IMG/VR virus record: IMGVR_UViG_3300047476_001402
Span: 26,384 to 90,383 of that record
DNA length: 64,000 nucleotides
Source: a virus
Reading direction: 5' to 3' (one strand)
In this document: positions 55,614 to 64,000 of the stretch, in pieces
Layout: each line of letters begins with the position of its first letter
Numbering within the stretch: the stretch's first letter is position 1
The notes under the pieces: model-generated
Database searches by the model: none
What the model was told of the DNA's origin: nothing
What the model saw: only the letters and a program-made list of their open reading frames with translations
Translations under genes and position numbers: made by a program

Positions 55614-55689
55614 TGGTTCCAGTCTGGGGATTTGCGCCGCCACTCTCAAACTTATGAGGCTTGAATGGTCACTAGACCACTTGACTGAA
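55614..55689 (-). tRNA. tRNA-CAT (Met or Ile2)
   Basis: CAAGC-CTCATAA-GTTTG; CCA. Confidence 0.78.
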
Positions 55690-55695
55690 TATCTT

Positions 55696-55724
55696 ATATT
55701 ACACTACTTATCATATGATGTCAA
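55696..55724 (-). promoter_or_regulatory. sigma70-like promoter at the head of the tRNA region
   Basis: TTGACA-17-TAATAT. Confidence 0.72.
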
Positions 55725-55936
55725 TCTTTTTTTGAAAAAGCTTCAAAAAAAGCCCAAATTGTTGAAATCAATATAATTATTATGCTTATTCCTCCGCAAA
55801 TAAGTGATACTATGTAAAATTTCCAAATAGATCCATCAAATGGTAATCTATTCATTTGGTAACATTTCTTGGTATAATCTCGTAAGAAATGAAAACCAAT
55901 AAGAGAATATACTATATACAGAAGGATACATATCAT
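55721..55936 (-). CDS. Small membrane protein
   Basis: Two hydrophobic segments. Confidence 0.45.
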   Translation of the reverse strand: MICILLYIVYSLIGFHFLRDYTKKCYQMNRLPFDGSIWKFYIVSLICGGISIIIILISTIWAFFEAFSKKD

Positions 55937-55984
55937 ATCATATTATAATAGAACGACTACTACTATTCAATAAATAAATACACA

Positions 55985-58900
55985 ATGATTTTAAATAATG
56001 TAGTATCTTCCGTGGCATTTCCCGCAGAACGCTTGGTAATTTCTATAAATGAACCAGATGTTCGCCTAGATAATGCACGATTAGGTCTTAGGGCTGCTAA
56101 TTATTACTACTATAATGAAAAATATTCTCCAAGTACATCTGTAGTTGTGTGGAATTCTAATACAGGAACCCCTACTGTTCTATCTCAACCTACGAATTCT
56201 GCATCAGTTCCTGCGGACTTCCCTATGACGTGGATCAATGATATTGTGGCTACTGCGGATAGAAACCATAACTATTTATACATGTCTATGTTAGGTGGAT
56301 TGTCTGGATTAACTATATATCCTACACAGCCTTACCCTATAATAATAAAAGTATCTAACAATCAGTGTACTATATCTGCGGGTATACTACCATTCCAATA
56401 TTTCGGATATGACGACCCCGTAACTCCTATTGAATTTAGAAAACAATTACCACTCTCCGCAGTAAAAAATGCAACACCCTTCGGAATAACATTTTCCAGT
56501 GCTTCGACTCCATATATATCTAAAACACGTAGAAACTATATCCAATCAACTACAAAGAACTATGCAAGAACATTTAATACTATACTAGGTAAAAAAATAA
56601 TAGATTCTAGTTTTAGCATAACATTACCAGTGGTATCATCAAATTTAGTAACTGATGAGGAAAATGTATGGAATGTAACATTGTACAAAGATGGTTCTCC
56701 GAATGTATCGACCATAGATACCACCAACGTTCTAACATATATTCCATCCGAGGAAATAACTGATGCATCAGGATTAGCCCCTGCAAATTATTTTACAGTA
56801 AAAACCTTAAATTGTGATACTGGTTTGTTACAAACAACCTTAGCGGCTCCTTTATATTTTGCAAAAAATCAAGAAGTTACCGTAACATATGAAACTTCTT
56901 CTCTTCTTACTGTAGGAAGATACTCCTTAACAAATCCATCTACTGACTATTATATATTATCCACTATTGATCCTATATATTTCTTTAATCAACGATTTTC
57001 TTATATGGGAGGGTCACTAGCGACCAACAGGGATGCATTCACTATAAGTTATTACCCATCAGCAGGAATAACCAATACACATACAGGTGATTATGGTATT
57101 TCATCAATAGACTCCTCTATAATATTCACGGATAATTTTTATCAAAACACCTTCAATGTAAACGTTAATTCCTCTAAAGCAAAAAAAAGATTTATAGAAC
57201 GTTCCGCAGATTTTAGCCTCAGTGCATATGATGTAGCAACTAATGTTATATATAATGCAAATGGGTGGATGCCTGCATCCGCAACCATGCGCTTTATAAA
57301 CGATGGTCTAGGAAATAGATATGTAGTGGGTATCCAGGTAAGCGCATTTACGGGTGCAATATATGACTGTGTCGATGATCTTGAATTTCTTTTAAATAAC
57401 AAAAATATTGTATTTGAAACATATATTAGCGAATCTAATGATTTATCCGCAACCATAAACACCACTATATTTCCTACACAAGATGAGGAACTGTTAATAA
57501 GATGGGACGCATATCCGCCTGAAAACATAGTATTTAAAAACATAGAAACTGGTGCTATACTAGAACGAAATACTCCATACCCTGCGGGAGAGATGTCTGT
57601 TCAAGTACATAATTTAGGGGTTGATAAAACTAAGATAACGCTATATTCTGAAGAATTTGATCTTTCTGCATCTTCATATTGGTTCCCTACTTCAGCGGTG
57701 CTAGGATCTGCCAGATTACAAATAGAGGGAAGTATATTAGATAACAAGCCTACTAATACCGGAACATTAAGTGCAATGGTAAGCAGAAACGGTCTATTGT
57801 ATCGTGCTCCTGAGAATTGCAGTATAATATGGAACGAATCAGCTTCTCCTAAAAAGGGACATATAGCAATATATACACCATCAAATGAATTACTATCTGA
57901 ATCTACTATATATCCTTCTGATGGTTACTCGGTAATATCACCAGTATTCTCTACTATACCAGTAACTGATAATCCTAATAAGATTACGTTCAATCTCACA
58001 TGTAACATATTCGATGAAGCATATAGTCTAAATGCTAATAAACTTTTCTATATGAGACAATACCCTGATCGAGAATTGTTGACTATTATTGCATCGTCTT
58101 CGGTCGGATTAAGTTCATATTTAAGTAGCAACACAGAAAATATAATAACAAACACTACCGGTATTTGGTACTTGTCTGCCCATTACCCTGATCTCATCAT
58201 ACCAAGTCCTTCGCATATAAAATGGAGTTACAGAACTTTAGGAGGATTGACTAATTATCTTACAGGCGCAACTATAAGTTTGAACATTTCTACGCTATCA
58301 ACAGTTATTAATGTGTCAGCAGGAGGAGTTGAACCATATTATGGGAACTTCCGATCCTATGATTTCTCAGATACTATATCTATACATGCATTATCCACTA
58401 TAAATCCTATAAGCTATATAGGATTTCCTGAAACAAATTATTTCCCATATTCCATAAACACGACAACAGATTATTCCAAATCAGTCGGAATGTCGGCCTT
58501 AAATGCTTGTAAAACCGAATCCTTTTATTTTTCTGCAACTCCTGGTTTTAATAAATATCGTTGGTCAGTTGGAGATCTTACCCAAGAAAGTGATTCTAAT
58601 GTAACAAAGATAGACGTTGCTTATAATAATATATCTTCAACTGGTATAGTTTCTGTTTCAGCTTTTGATAATATTTTTAAAGAAACCAATCAAATTACTA
58701 GATATAATACCGCATCATCTGATGATTCATCCATTTATAGGGAGCCTATTCGTTTCGAAGATTATCCAGCAGCAGCACTAACAATAGAAAGTAGTAATTC
58801 GCTAGTAGATATTAATAGATATTCAAGTTTACCAACCCTATACACAGATATTGGGACCACTGTCGGATTGGAATCTTTCAATTTCAACATAATCCTATCC

Positions 58901-61105
58901 AGTGCAGATTCATTCCAGATTAGAAAAATAGTCGGCGACACTGTTTCTAATAATTATGTTCTACGCTTCGGGCTAAAAGATTCTGATTTTATACTAAATG
59001 AAGATTCATATCAGATTTTTAATGTTGTCGTAAGTGGTGATGCACAATTCAGGTATGATAATACTTTCTGCACAAAATCACAATCCCTAGTGTCTAATAC
59101 ATTAGTTCTTACTGCTTTTAATGGTCCTATATTAGACTTATATACATCTAAGAACATAGTAAGTGCAGGAGAATCTTTAGATATATATAATTTCAGTGGC
59201 AATTCCCTACAGTTTATGCCGTTCTCAGGATTCATCTTTTACAACGGGGAGACTACCACTGTGGAAAATACATCTTCTTTCGCAACATCATTTACTAATG
59301 AAGGAATATATTCTCCTATATTAACAGGTATACTAAGCTCTGGTGAAATATTGGTTAAACAATTTGATAACCTCATAGTAGTTGATAATAAGAGTTACTC
59401 GTACAATTCGGCAATCGAAAACGACTTCTCTGTATTTGAATATCCATATAGTTTAGATGATGTATTAATACCTGCTAATAGTTGGCAATATGCTGATGTG
59501 ATCAATTCTTCTTTCCGAAAACTTCAAACTAATTTTGATTACATAAGTGCAAAATGTAGTATATATGATCCTGTATTCCCTGCATCCAAAGGAGGAATAC
59601 TAGGTAAGATTTTCGGTAATTTCAAATGGCATATTGGAAAATCCCTCACAGACACATCTCCATATTTTGATATGACTTGTGGGGATATTATTGATGATTT
59701 ACTAGTTACTATAAAAGGGGAAACTATTAATTTTTACAATATTTCAGAAACTCTATCACTTTTATATAGTACAGATAATCTAAAAAATCTACCTGCTATT
59801 GTAGATATAAATAAAATAAAAGTAACCAGTAACCATATATATCTATTGGATTCTAAAAATAAAATATTCTATATAGTAAGTTATAATACTAATGATTTTT
59901 CTGCTACAGAACTCATATATTATTGGGGAGGCGCAGGTGAAAAGAACTCTAAAATAAAGTTTGTAAATCCTGTAGATTTCTGTCTCGATTCCGTAGGAAA
60001 TATATACATATTGGATTCTGGCGGAACAATAAAAAAATATGACATAAACTACCAATGGATTACTAACATAGCTATTCCTGATATATCTGATGTATTAGCG
60101 ATATCTACTGATGATACTCTGTTAGCCATAACCACAGAAAACTATATATCTGTAATAGATCAATTGGGAACAGAACAACATATAATAAATATCACAAACT
60201 CTAAATTTGCCTCATTAAATCCCGACTTATTAGGAATTATATACATATCAAACGGTAATTTCTTATTTAAATATCTTTTAAATGGACAGTTATTAGGTAG
60301 TTACGAAATATCGAACCTATTAAATATAGCCTACAGTTCTGACCATATCCTATTAGTACATGATAACTATATAGAAAAAATAACAGATCGAATAAAAATA
60401 CACACCATCATATCAGATACTTCACATATTCCAGAATGGAACGATGTGTTTATTGGTGACGAAGAATTTGTTGCAGATTATGTATATAATGATTCATTCA
60501 AAAAGATACACGATAAAATATATCTTTTAAATGACAGTATAACTGGCCGTATAATCCAGAACAGGGACGAATATGATAAGACAATAAATTATGTCCTGTC
60601 ATCCTCCGTCGTTTCTTCGATTTCACCTATAAATTATCTAGGTCTGAACGAGCCTATATCTTATGACACCATAAATCGTGGAATTATGGACATCATGTAT
60701 AATTTAGATGAGTTAAAACAAAATGTTCAGTACGGTTATACATATCCTAATAACAGTGAGGATCTTCAATGGGTTTGGGCATATCACTATGTTGACAAAA
60801 CACAGCGTCCGTCTCAACTTAAGAATCCAATATCTTGGACTGAACTTATGTCTTCTAAAATACAAAACACCTCATTAAGTTCTATAAGTGCATGGTGGAT
60901 TATTCGAGAAGGTACGGGAGGAAATCATTCTGAAATATGTTGGAATTATATGAATATCCAAAGTAATGGTTATTTCCCCCTCACCTGGGAACAAACAGAA
61001 GCTAATAATCTATCTGGTCACATATTTACATGGGAAGATTTAGAGAGAAATTGCTGTGAAATACCAGAAACTATCTTTGAAGATAGTGTAGACGTTTGTA
61101 AATAA
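55985..61105 (+). CDS. Large virion structural protein (1706 aa; PKD-like and NHL-repeat-like segments)
   Basis: Ser/Thr/Asn-rich beta composition; F.NP.DF..D..GNIY.LD NHL-like motif; TAAATA upstream. Confidence 0.7.
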   Translation: MILNNVVSSVAFPAERLVISINEPDVRLDNARLGLRAANYYYYNEKYSPSTSVVVWNSNTGTPTVLSQPTNSASVPADFPMTWINDIVATADRNHNYLYMSMLGGLSGLTIYPTQPYPIIIKVSNNQCTISAGILPFQYFGYDDPVTPIEFRKQLPLSAVKNATPFGITFSSASTPYISKTRRNYIQSTTKNYARTFNTILGKKIIDSSFSITLPVVSSNLVTDEENVWNVTLYKDGSPNVSTIDTTNVLTYIPSEEITDASGLAPANYFTVKTLNCDTGLLQTTLAAPLYFAKNQEVTVTYETSSLLTVGRYSLTNPSTDYYILSTIDPIYFFNQRFSYMGGSLATNRDAFTISYYPSAGITNTHTGDYGISSIDSSIIFTDNFYQNTFNVNVNSSKAKKRFIERSADFSLSAYDVATNVIYNANGWMPASATMRFINDGLGNRYVVGIQVSAFTGAIYDCVDDLEFLLNNKNIVFETYISESNDLSATINTTIFPTQDEELLIRWDAYPPENIVFKNIETGAILERNTPYPAGEMSVQVHNLGVDKTKITLYSEEFDLSASSYWFPTSAVLGSARLQIEGSILDNKPTNTGTLSAMVSRNGLLYRAPENCSIIWNESASPKKGHIAIYTPSNELLSESTIYPSDGYSVISPVFSTIPVTDNPNKITFNLTCNIFDEAYSLNANKLFYMRQYPDRELLTIIASSSVGLSSYLSSNTENIITNTTGIWYLSAHYPDLIIPSPSHIKWSYRTLGGLTNYLTGATISLNISTLSTVINVSAGGVEPYYGNFRSYDFSDTISIHALSTINPISYIGFPETNYFPYSINTTTDYSKSVGMSALNACKTESFYFSATPGFNKYRWSVGDLTQESDSNVTKIDVAYNNISSTGIVSVSAFDNIFKETNQITRYNTASSDDSSIYREPIRFEDYPAAALTIESSNSLVDINRYSSLPTLYTDIGTTVGLESFNFNIILSSADSFQIRKIVGDTVSNNYVLRFGLKDSDFILNEDSYQIFNVVVSGDAQFRYDNTFCTKSQSLVSNTLVLTAFNGPILDLYTSKNIVSAGESLDIYNFSGNSLQFMPFSGFIFYNGETTTVENTSSFATSFTNEGIYSPILTGILSSGEILVKQFDNLIVVDNKSYSYNSAIENDFSVFEYPYSLDDVLIPANSWQYADVINSSFRKLQTNFDYISAKCSIYDPVFPASKGGILGKIFGNFKWHIGKSLTDTSPYFDMTCGDIIDDLLVTIKGETINFYNISETLSLLYSTDNLKNLPAIVDINKIKVTSNHIYLLDSKNKIFYIVSYNTNDFSATELIYYWGGAGEKNSKIKFVNPVDFCLDSVGNIYILDSGGTIKKYDINYQWITNIAIPDISDVLAISTDDTLLAITTENYISVIDQLGTEQHIINITNSKFASLNPDLLGIIYISNGNFLFKYLLNGQLLGSYEISNLLNIAYSSDHILLVHDNYIEKITDRIKIHTIISDTSHIPEWNDVFIGDEEFVADYVYNDSFKKIHDKIYLLNDSITGRIIQNRDEYDKTINYVLSSSVVSSISPINYLGLNEPISYDTINRGIMDIMYNLDELKQNVQYGYTYPNNSEDLQWVWAYHYVDKTQRPSQLKNPISWTELMSSKIQNTSLSSISAWWIIREGTGGNHSEICWNYMNIQSNGYFPLTWEQTEANNLSGHIFTWEDLERNCCEIPETIFEDSVDVCK

Positions 61106-61110
61106 ATATA

Positions 61111-61812
61111 ATGTCCTATCCTAAAGAGCTTCTAAAAGTAACTGATAATCAACTGGTATTTCCTATCAAAGATTATGAGAATATAGGCGATTCGCTGTCA
61201 TCTATAAACTATAATTTCAATGTCTTGGATATATATACGGGGAATTTCGAATTCAGTGCTAACAATAAATGGAATGCGGCATATAATCTCATTCACTCTA
61301 ATAGCGCACAATGGGTCGATACTATATCAACAATAAAAAGTAATAGTGCTTGTTGGAATGATACGTATACTACAGTATCTACTCTAAGTTCAATATGGCT
61401 TAAACCTATATCACTGATCTATCCATATCCTTTCGAGGAAATAGGAGAAGACGGAAGTATAATAAGCGATATAACCGTATGGTTGAACAACACACTACCT
61501 GTTATGAACGAAAAGTGTGCCAATTTTATTGTCGGCCAAGAATTATATGTTTTCACTCCTCTGTACACTGAAATAAACCGAGTTTTAACACAAACTAAAG
61601 TTGTTGGAGTTAAAACTGTTAAGGTTAAGTTTGTCATCAGTTGCATAGGAAAGGGTCGTAGAACGTACTATCCAAAAGGTTCCATAGATTGCGGTTCTTC
61701 TTCATTGGAAGTAGCAGTTCCTGATAAATATATCAACAAATTCAAAGGTTTGAAATTTGTTATAGATCCCGAAACCAGTACATGGTTATTTGATTCTGCC
61801 CTTTTTGATTAA
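61111..61812 (+). CDS. Probable virion protein
   Basis: ENIGDSL.SIN.NF fibre-type N-terminal motif; similar to the next ORF. Confidence 0.6.
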   Translation: MSYPKELLKVTDNQLVFPIKDYENIGDSLSSINYNFNVLDIYTGNFEFSANNKWNAAYNLIHSNSAQWVDTISTIKSNSACWNDTYTTVSTLSSIWLKPISLIYPYPFEEIGEDGSIISDITVWLNNTLPVMNEKCANFIVGQELYVFTPLYTEINRVLTQTKVVGVKTVKVKFVISCIGKGRRTYYPKGSIDCGSSSLEVAVPDKYINKFKGLKFVIDPETSTWLFDSALFD

Positions 61813-62814
61813 ATGATTAAACTATTGTCGCAATACGAATTCTTAGGCAACAGCATATATAAATTCAATGCTAATATGCATGAATTAAATATTCGTTTCG
61901 ATAGATTATATGAAGATTCTTTAAAATGGAAGTCTCTGTTTAACACTATATCCACGATATCAAGTGACTTAACGACGCTATCAGAAGTGTCTAATCTGTC
62001 CGCAAATTGGAAAAACACTTCCGACCTTGTGTACAATGTCCAGGGATTTTGGGAGGAGCCAATTCTTATAGTATTTCAAAAAACATTCAACATGGTTGCA
62101 AATTTTTTAGAAGTTCGTAGTTGGTTGGATCTAAATTTTCCAGTTTCGGACTTCTCTCCAACACAATTAATTCGCTGTGATTTCTTATGTAAAAATTATA
62201 CACCCGAAAAATTCAAACAATATCCGGTGCTGAAAGAAAACCGCTCTGCATTAGAAATTTATGCAAAGACATATAATGTAAAAATAAACGAAGTGTATGC
62301 ATATCTCAGTCATCTAAACCAATTAAACAGTATAAAGAATATAATAAATTCTATATTAGTTCGCAACAGTCGTAAAGATTTATTTGTCAACTCCTGGGAC
62401 GAATTATCAAACTATACTATATATATTGGTTATAACTATAGAAACCATATTTTTACATCTTCAGAGTTTGCTAATTTTTCTCAAAATGATCTACAATATT
62501 TTTATAGTTATATGATTCAGTATAAAGTGTTGCAAGAAAAAATGAATGTGCTGTTATCTAAAAATATAGATGATATTCCAGAGTTTATATTAAACCAATT
62601 CACTAATAAAAATTTAGAAGTCTATAATGGCGGTAGTTTCTTTTTTAGAAATACTGGAGAATCTTGGGAATTATATCCTTATATAGGAACTGAGTTTTGC
62701 ACAAGTGGCAACTGTTCTGATTGTTACGATATAATTGATGTTAATAAACTATACACTGGTGAGAAACCATGTTTCAATAGTTTCGAGTATGTGTTAGAAG
62801 AATGTTATGAATAA
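61813..62814 (+). CDS. Probable virion protein
   Basis: Shares (L/I)G.S....N.N, S.(N/C)W..T...V and W..PI motifs with 61111..61812. Confidence 0.6.
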   Translation: MIKLLSQYEFLGNSIYKFNANMHELNIRFDRLYEDSLKWKSLFNTISTISSDLTTLSEVSNLSANWKNTSDLVYNVQGFWEEPILIVFQKTFNMVANFLEVRSWLDLNFPVSDFSPTQLIRCDFLCKNYTPEKFKQYPVLKENRSALEIYAKTYNVKINEVYAYLSHLNQLNSIKNIINSILVRNSRKDLFVNSWDELSNYTIYIGYNYRNHIFTSSEFANFSQNDLQYFYSYMIQYKVLQEKMNVLLSKNIDDIPEFILNQFTNKNLEVYNGGSFFFRNTGESWELYPYIGTEFCTSGNCSDCYDIIDVNKLYTGEKPCFNSFEYVLEECYE

Positions 62815-64000
62815 ACTCACCAACTCTCCGATATTATCAAGTATGGTCGGTTCTTATGCCGACATCACTATAGATGGGCAGACTCGCAAATATTTCGTTC
62901 GTCGGGCTGATAAAAATGCCCCTTTTAAGCGTGCTAAATTTATTCAAGATAGCGATATTGATAATGCGGAAATTTCCGATACTCAAATATGTGAACTATG
63001 TTTAAATCCAAATCTAAGTAATGTGTTCTGTTTAAGTCTATATGATTCTTGTCACAGCTCGGGAGGTAGCTGGAATTATCTAACGAGCACAGTGTCACCT
63101 AAAAAACATGAAATTTTGATAAATGGCGTTAAGAGTGGCGAGTTTACAATAGGGCATCTCGAAACAACTGGTGGTTATATGGGGGATTCAATATATTTAG
63201 GAAACTACAACGGTTTTCCTATTTGGGTAAAACATCCAGCAACATATATCCCAGTAGATGTGATATTATTGATATTCTCTACGAACACATCCCTAATATT
63301 CGATCAAACTAATATAGAACCTGATTATATTACATACGGGGGAAAAAATGTCAAAACCGTATTTGTGAACCCATCGGCGCTTATTAGCGGGGATAATACC
63401 ATAACAATACGTACAACATTTTCAGATTGGCCTTATGTTGATCCCCTATATATGTCGGTACCGAGAATTCAATATTTCTTCCGATATGCGGAAGATAATG
63501 TACTGACCTGTCAAAATAATAGAATCTGTAATGATTATTCTCCTTTTTGTGAAGCATCGTTGTTAGATGTAGGTGGTGGGAAACGTGCATTTACATGGAC
63601 ATTTAGTTATAATGGTGATGAATATGTGGAATGTTTCGTAGAACCTACAACAACAGAAGAACCTACAACCACTGCTGAACCTACAACAACAGAAGAACCT
63701 ACAACCACTGCTGAACCTACAACAACAGAAGAACCTACAACCACTGCTGAACCTACAACAACAGAAGAACCTACAACCACTGCTGAACCTACAACAACAG
63801 AAGAACCTACAACCACTGCTGAACCTACAACAACAGAAGAACCTACAACCACTGCTGAACCTACAACAACAGAAGAACCTACAACAACAGAAGAACCTAC
63901 AACCACTGCTGAACCTACAACAACAGAAGAACCTACAACCACTGCTGAACCTACAACAACAGAAGAACCTACAACCACTGCTGAACCTACAACAACAGAA
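62807..64000 (+). CDS. Unannotated ORF running off the window, with mucin-like EPTTT(E/A) repeats
   Basis: ATG 62807 (MNKLTNSPIL...), open frame to window end, in frame with the repeat. Confidence 0.8.
   Translation, partial: MNKLTNSPILSSMVGSYADITIDGQTRKYFVRRADKNAPFKRAKFIQDSDIDNAEISDTQICELCLNPNLSNVFCLSLYDSCHSSGGSWNYLTSTVSPKKHEILINGVKSGEFTIGHLETTGGYMGDSIYLGNYNGFPIWVKHPATYIPVDVILLIFSTNTSLIFDQTNIEPDYITYGGKNVKTVFVNPSALISGDNTITIRTTFSDWPYVDPLYMSVPRIQYFFRYAEDNVLTCQNNRICNDYSPFCEASLLDVGGGKRAFTWTFSYNGDEYVECFVEPTTTEEPTTTAEPTTTEEPTTTAEPTTTEEPTTTAEPTTTEEPTTTAEPTTTEEPTTTAEPTTTEEPTTTAEPTTTEEPTTTEEPTTTAEPTTTEEPTTTAEPTTTEEPTTTAEPTTTE
63641..64000 (+). repeat. 18-bp coding tandem repeat (at least 20 units, two variants)
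   Basis: gaacctacaacaacagaa and gaacctacaaccactgct, mostly alternating. Confidence 0.95.

Noticed and set aside
36827-55776. ORF-track calls overlapping tRNAs (36827..37189, 40795..40977, 44760..44948, 47296..47493, 55588..55776, and 5' extensions of the 42127, 46459, 50860 and 51936 ORFs)
   Set aside because: They run through clear tRNA or tRNA-like genes; spurious, or with true starts downstream.
63607-63978. Minus-strand VVVGS-repeat ORF
   Set aside because: Antisense shadow of the EPTTT repeat in the + strand gene.
63641-64000. CRISPR array
   Set aside because: Head-to-tail 18-bp units without unique spacers, in frame within a coding region.
1-64000. Stop-codon reassignment or suppressor tRNAs
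   Set aside because: Conserved genes are intact in the standard code and end in TAA, TAG or TGA. No CTA/TTA/TCA anticodon was found; the 37240 tRNA folds best with TAC.

Overview
This AT-rich 64 kb window looks like part of a large T4-like (jumbo-type) myovirus genome. Markers are class Ia ribonucleotide reductase (nrdA/nrdB), a gp44-like clamp loader, an RNase H/FEN 5'-3' exonuclease, a gp19-like tail-tube protein, large virion proteins, sigma70-type promoters and a recurrent TAA(A/G)TA late-promoter-like motif just upstream of ATGs. Accessory genes include NAD salvage (NMNAT-Nudix + NAMPT), a translation/tRNA kit (Pth2, a truncated GluRS-like protein, TilS, IF-1, YqeY, an RNA ligase-like protein), a VWA/adenylosuccinate-synthetase-like/GNAT cluster, and a DUF1549-1553 + DUF1501 pair typical of Planctomycetes/Verrucomicrobia (host inference only). 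Between about 37.0 and 55.7 kb the minus strand carries 27 anticodon-bearing tRNA genes covering all 20 amino acids. The most novel-looking signals are three. (1) At least seven tRNA-mimic RNAs keep an acceptor-like stem and T-loop but have lost, replaced or duplicated the anticodon or D arms; two carry the G3:U70 alanine determinant. (2) An unannotated 33-codon leader ORF, using all six Ser codons, is followed by mutually exclusive antiterminator/terminator hairpins upstream of most of the tRNA array, a candidate attenuator sensing tRNA supply. (3) The D/T-loop elbow is rewired in a co-varying way in many of the tRNAs. All structures were folded by eye; no searches or computations were run, so novelty is unverified.
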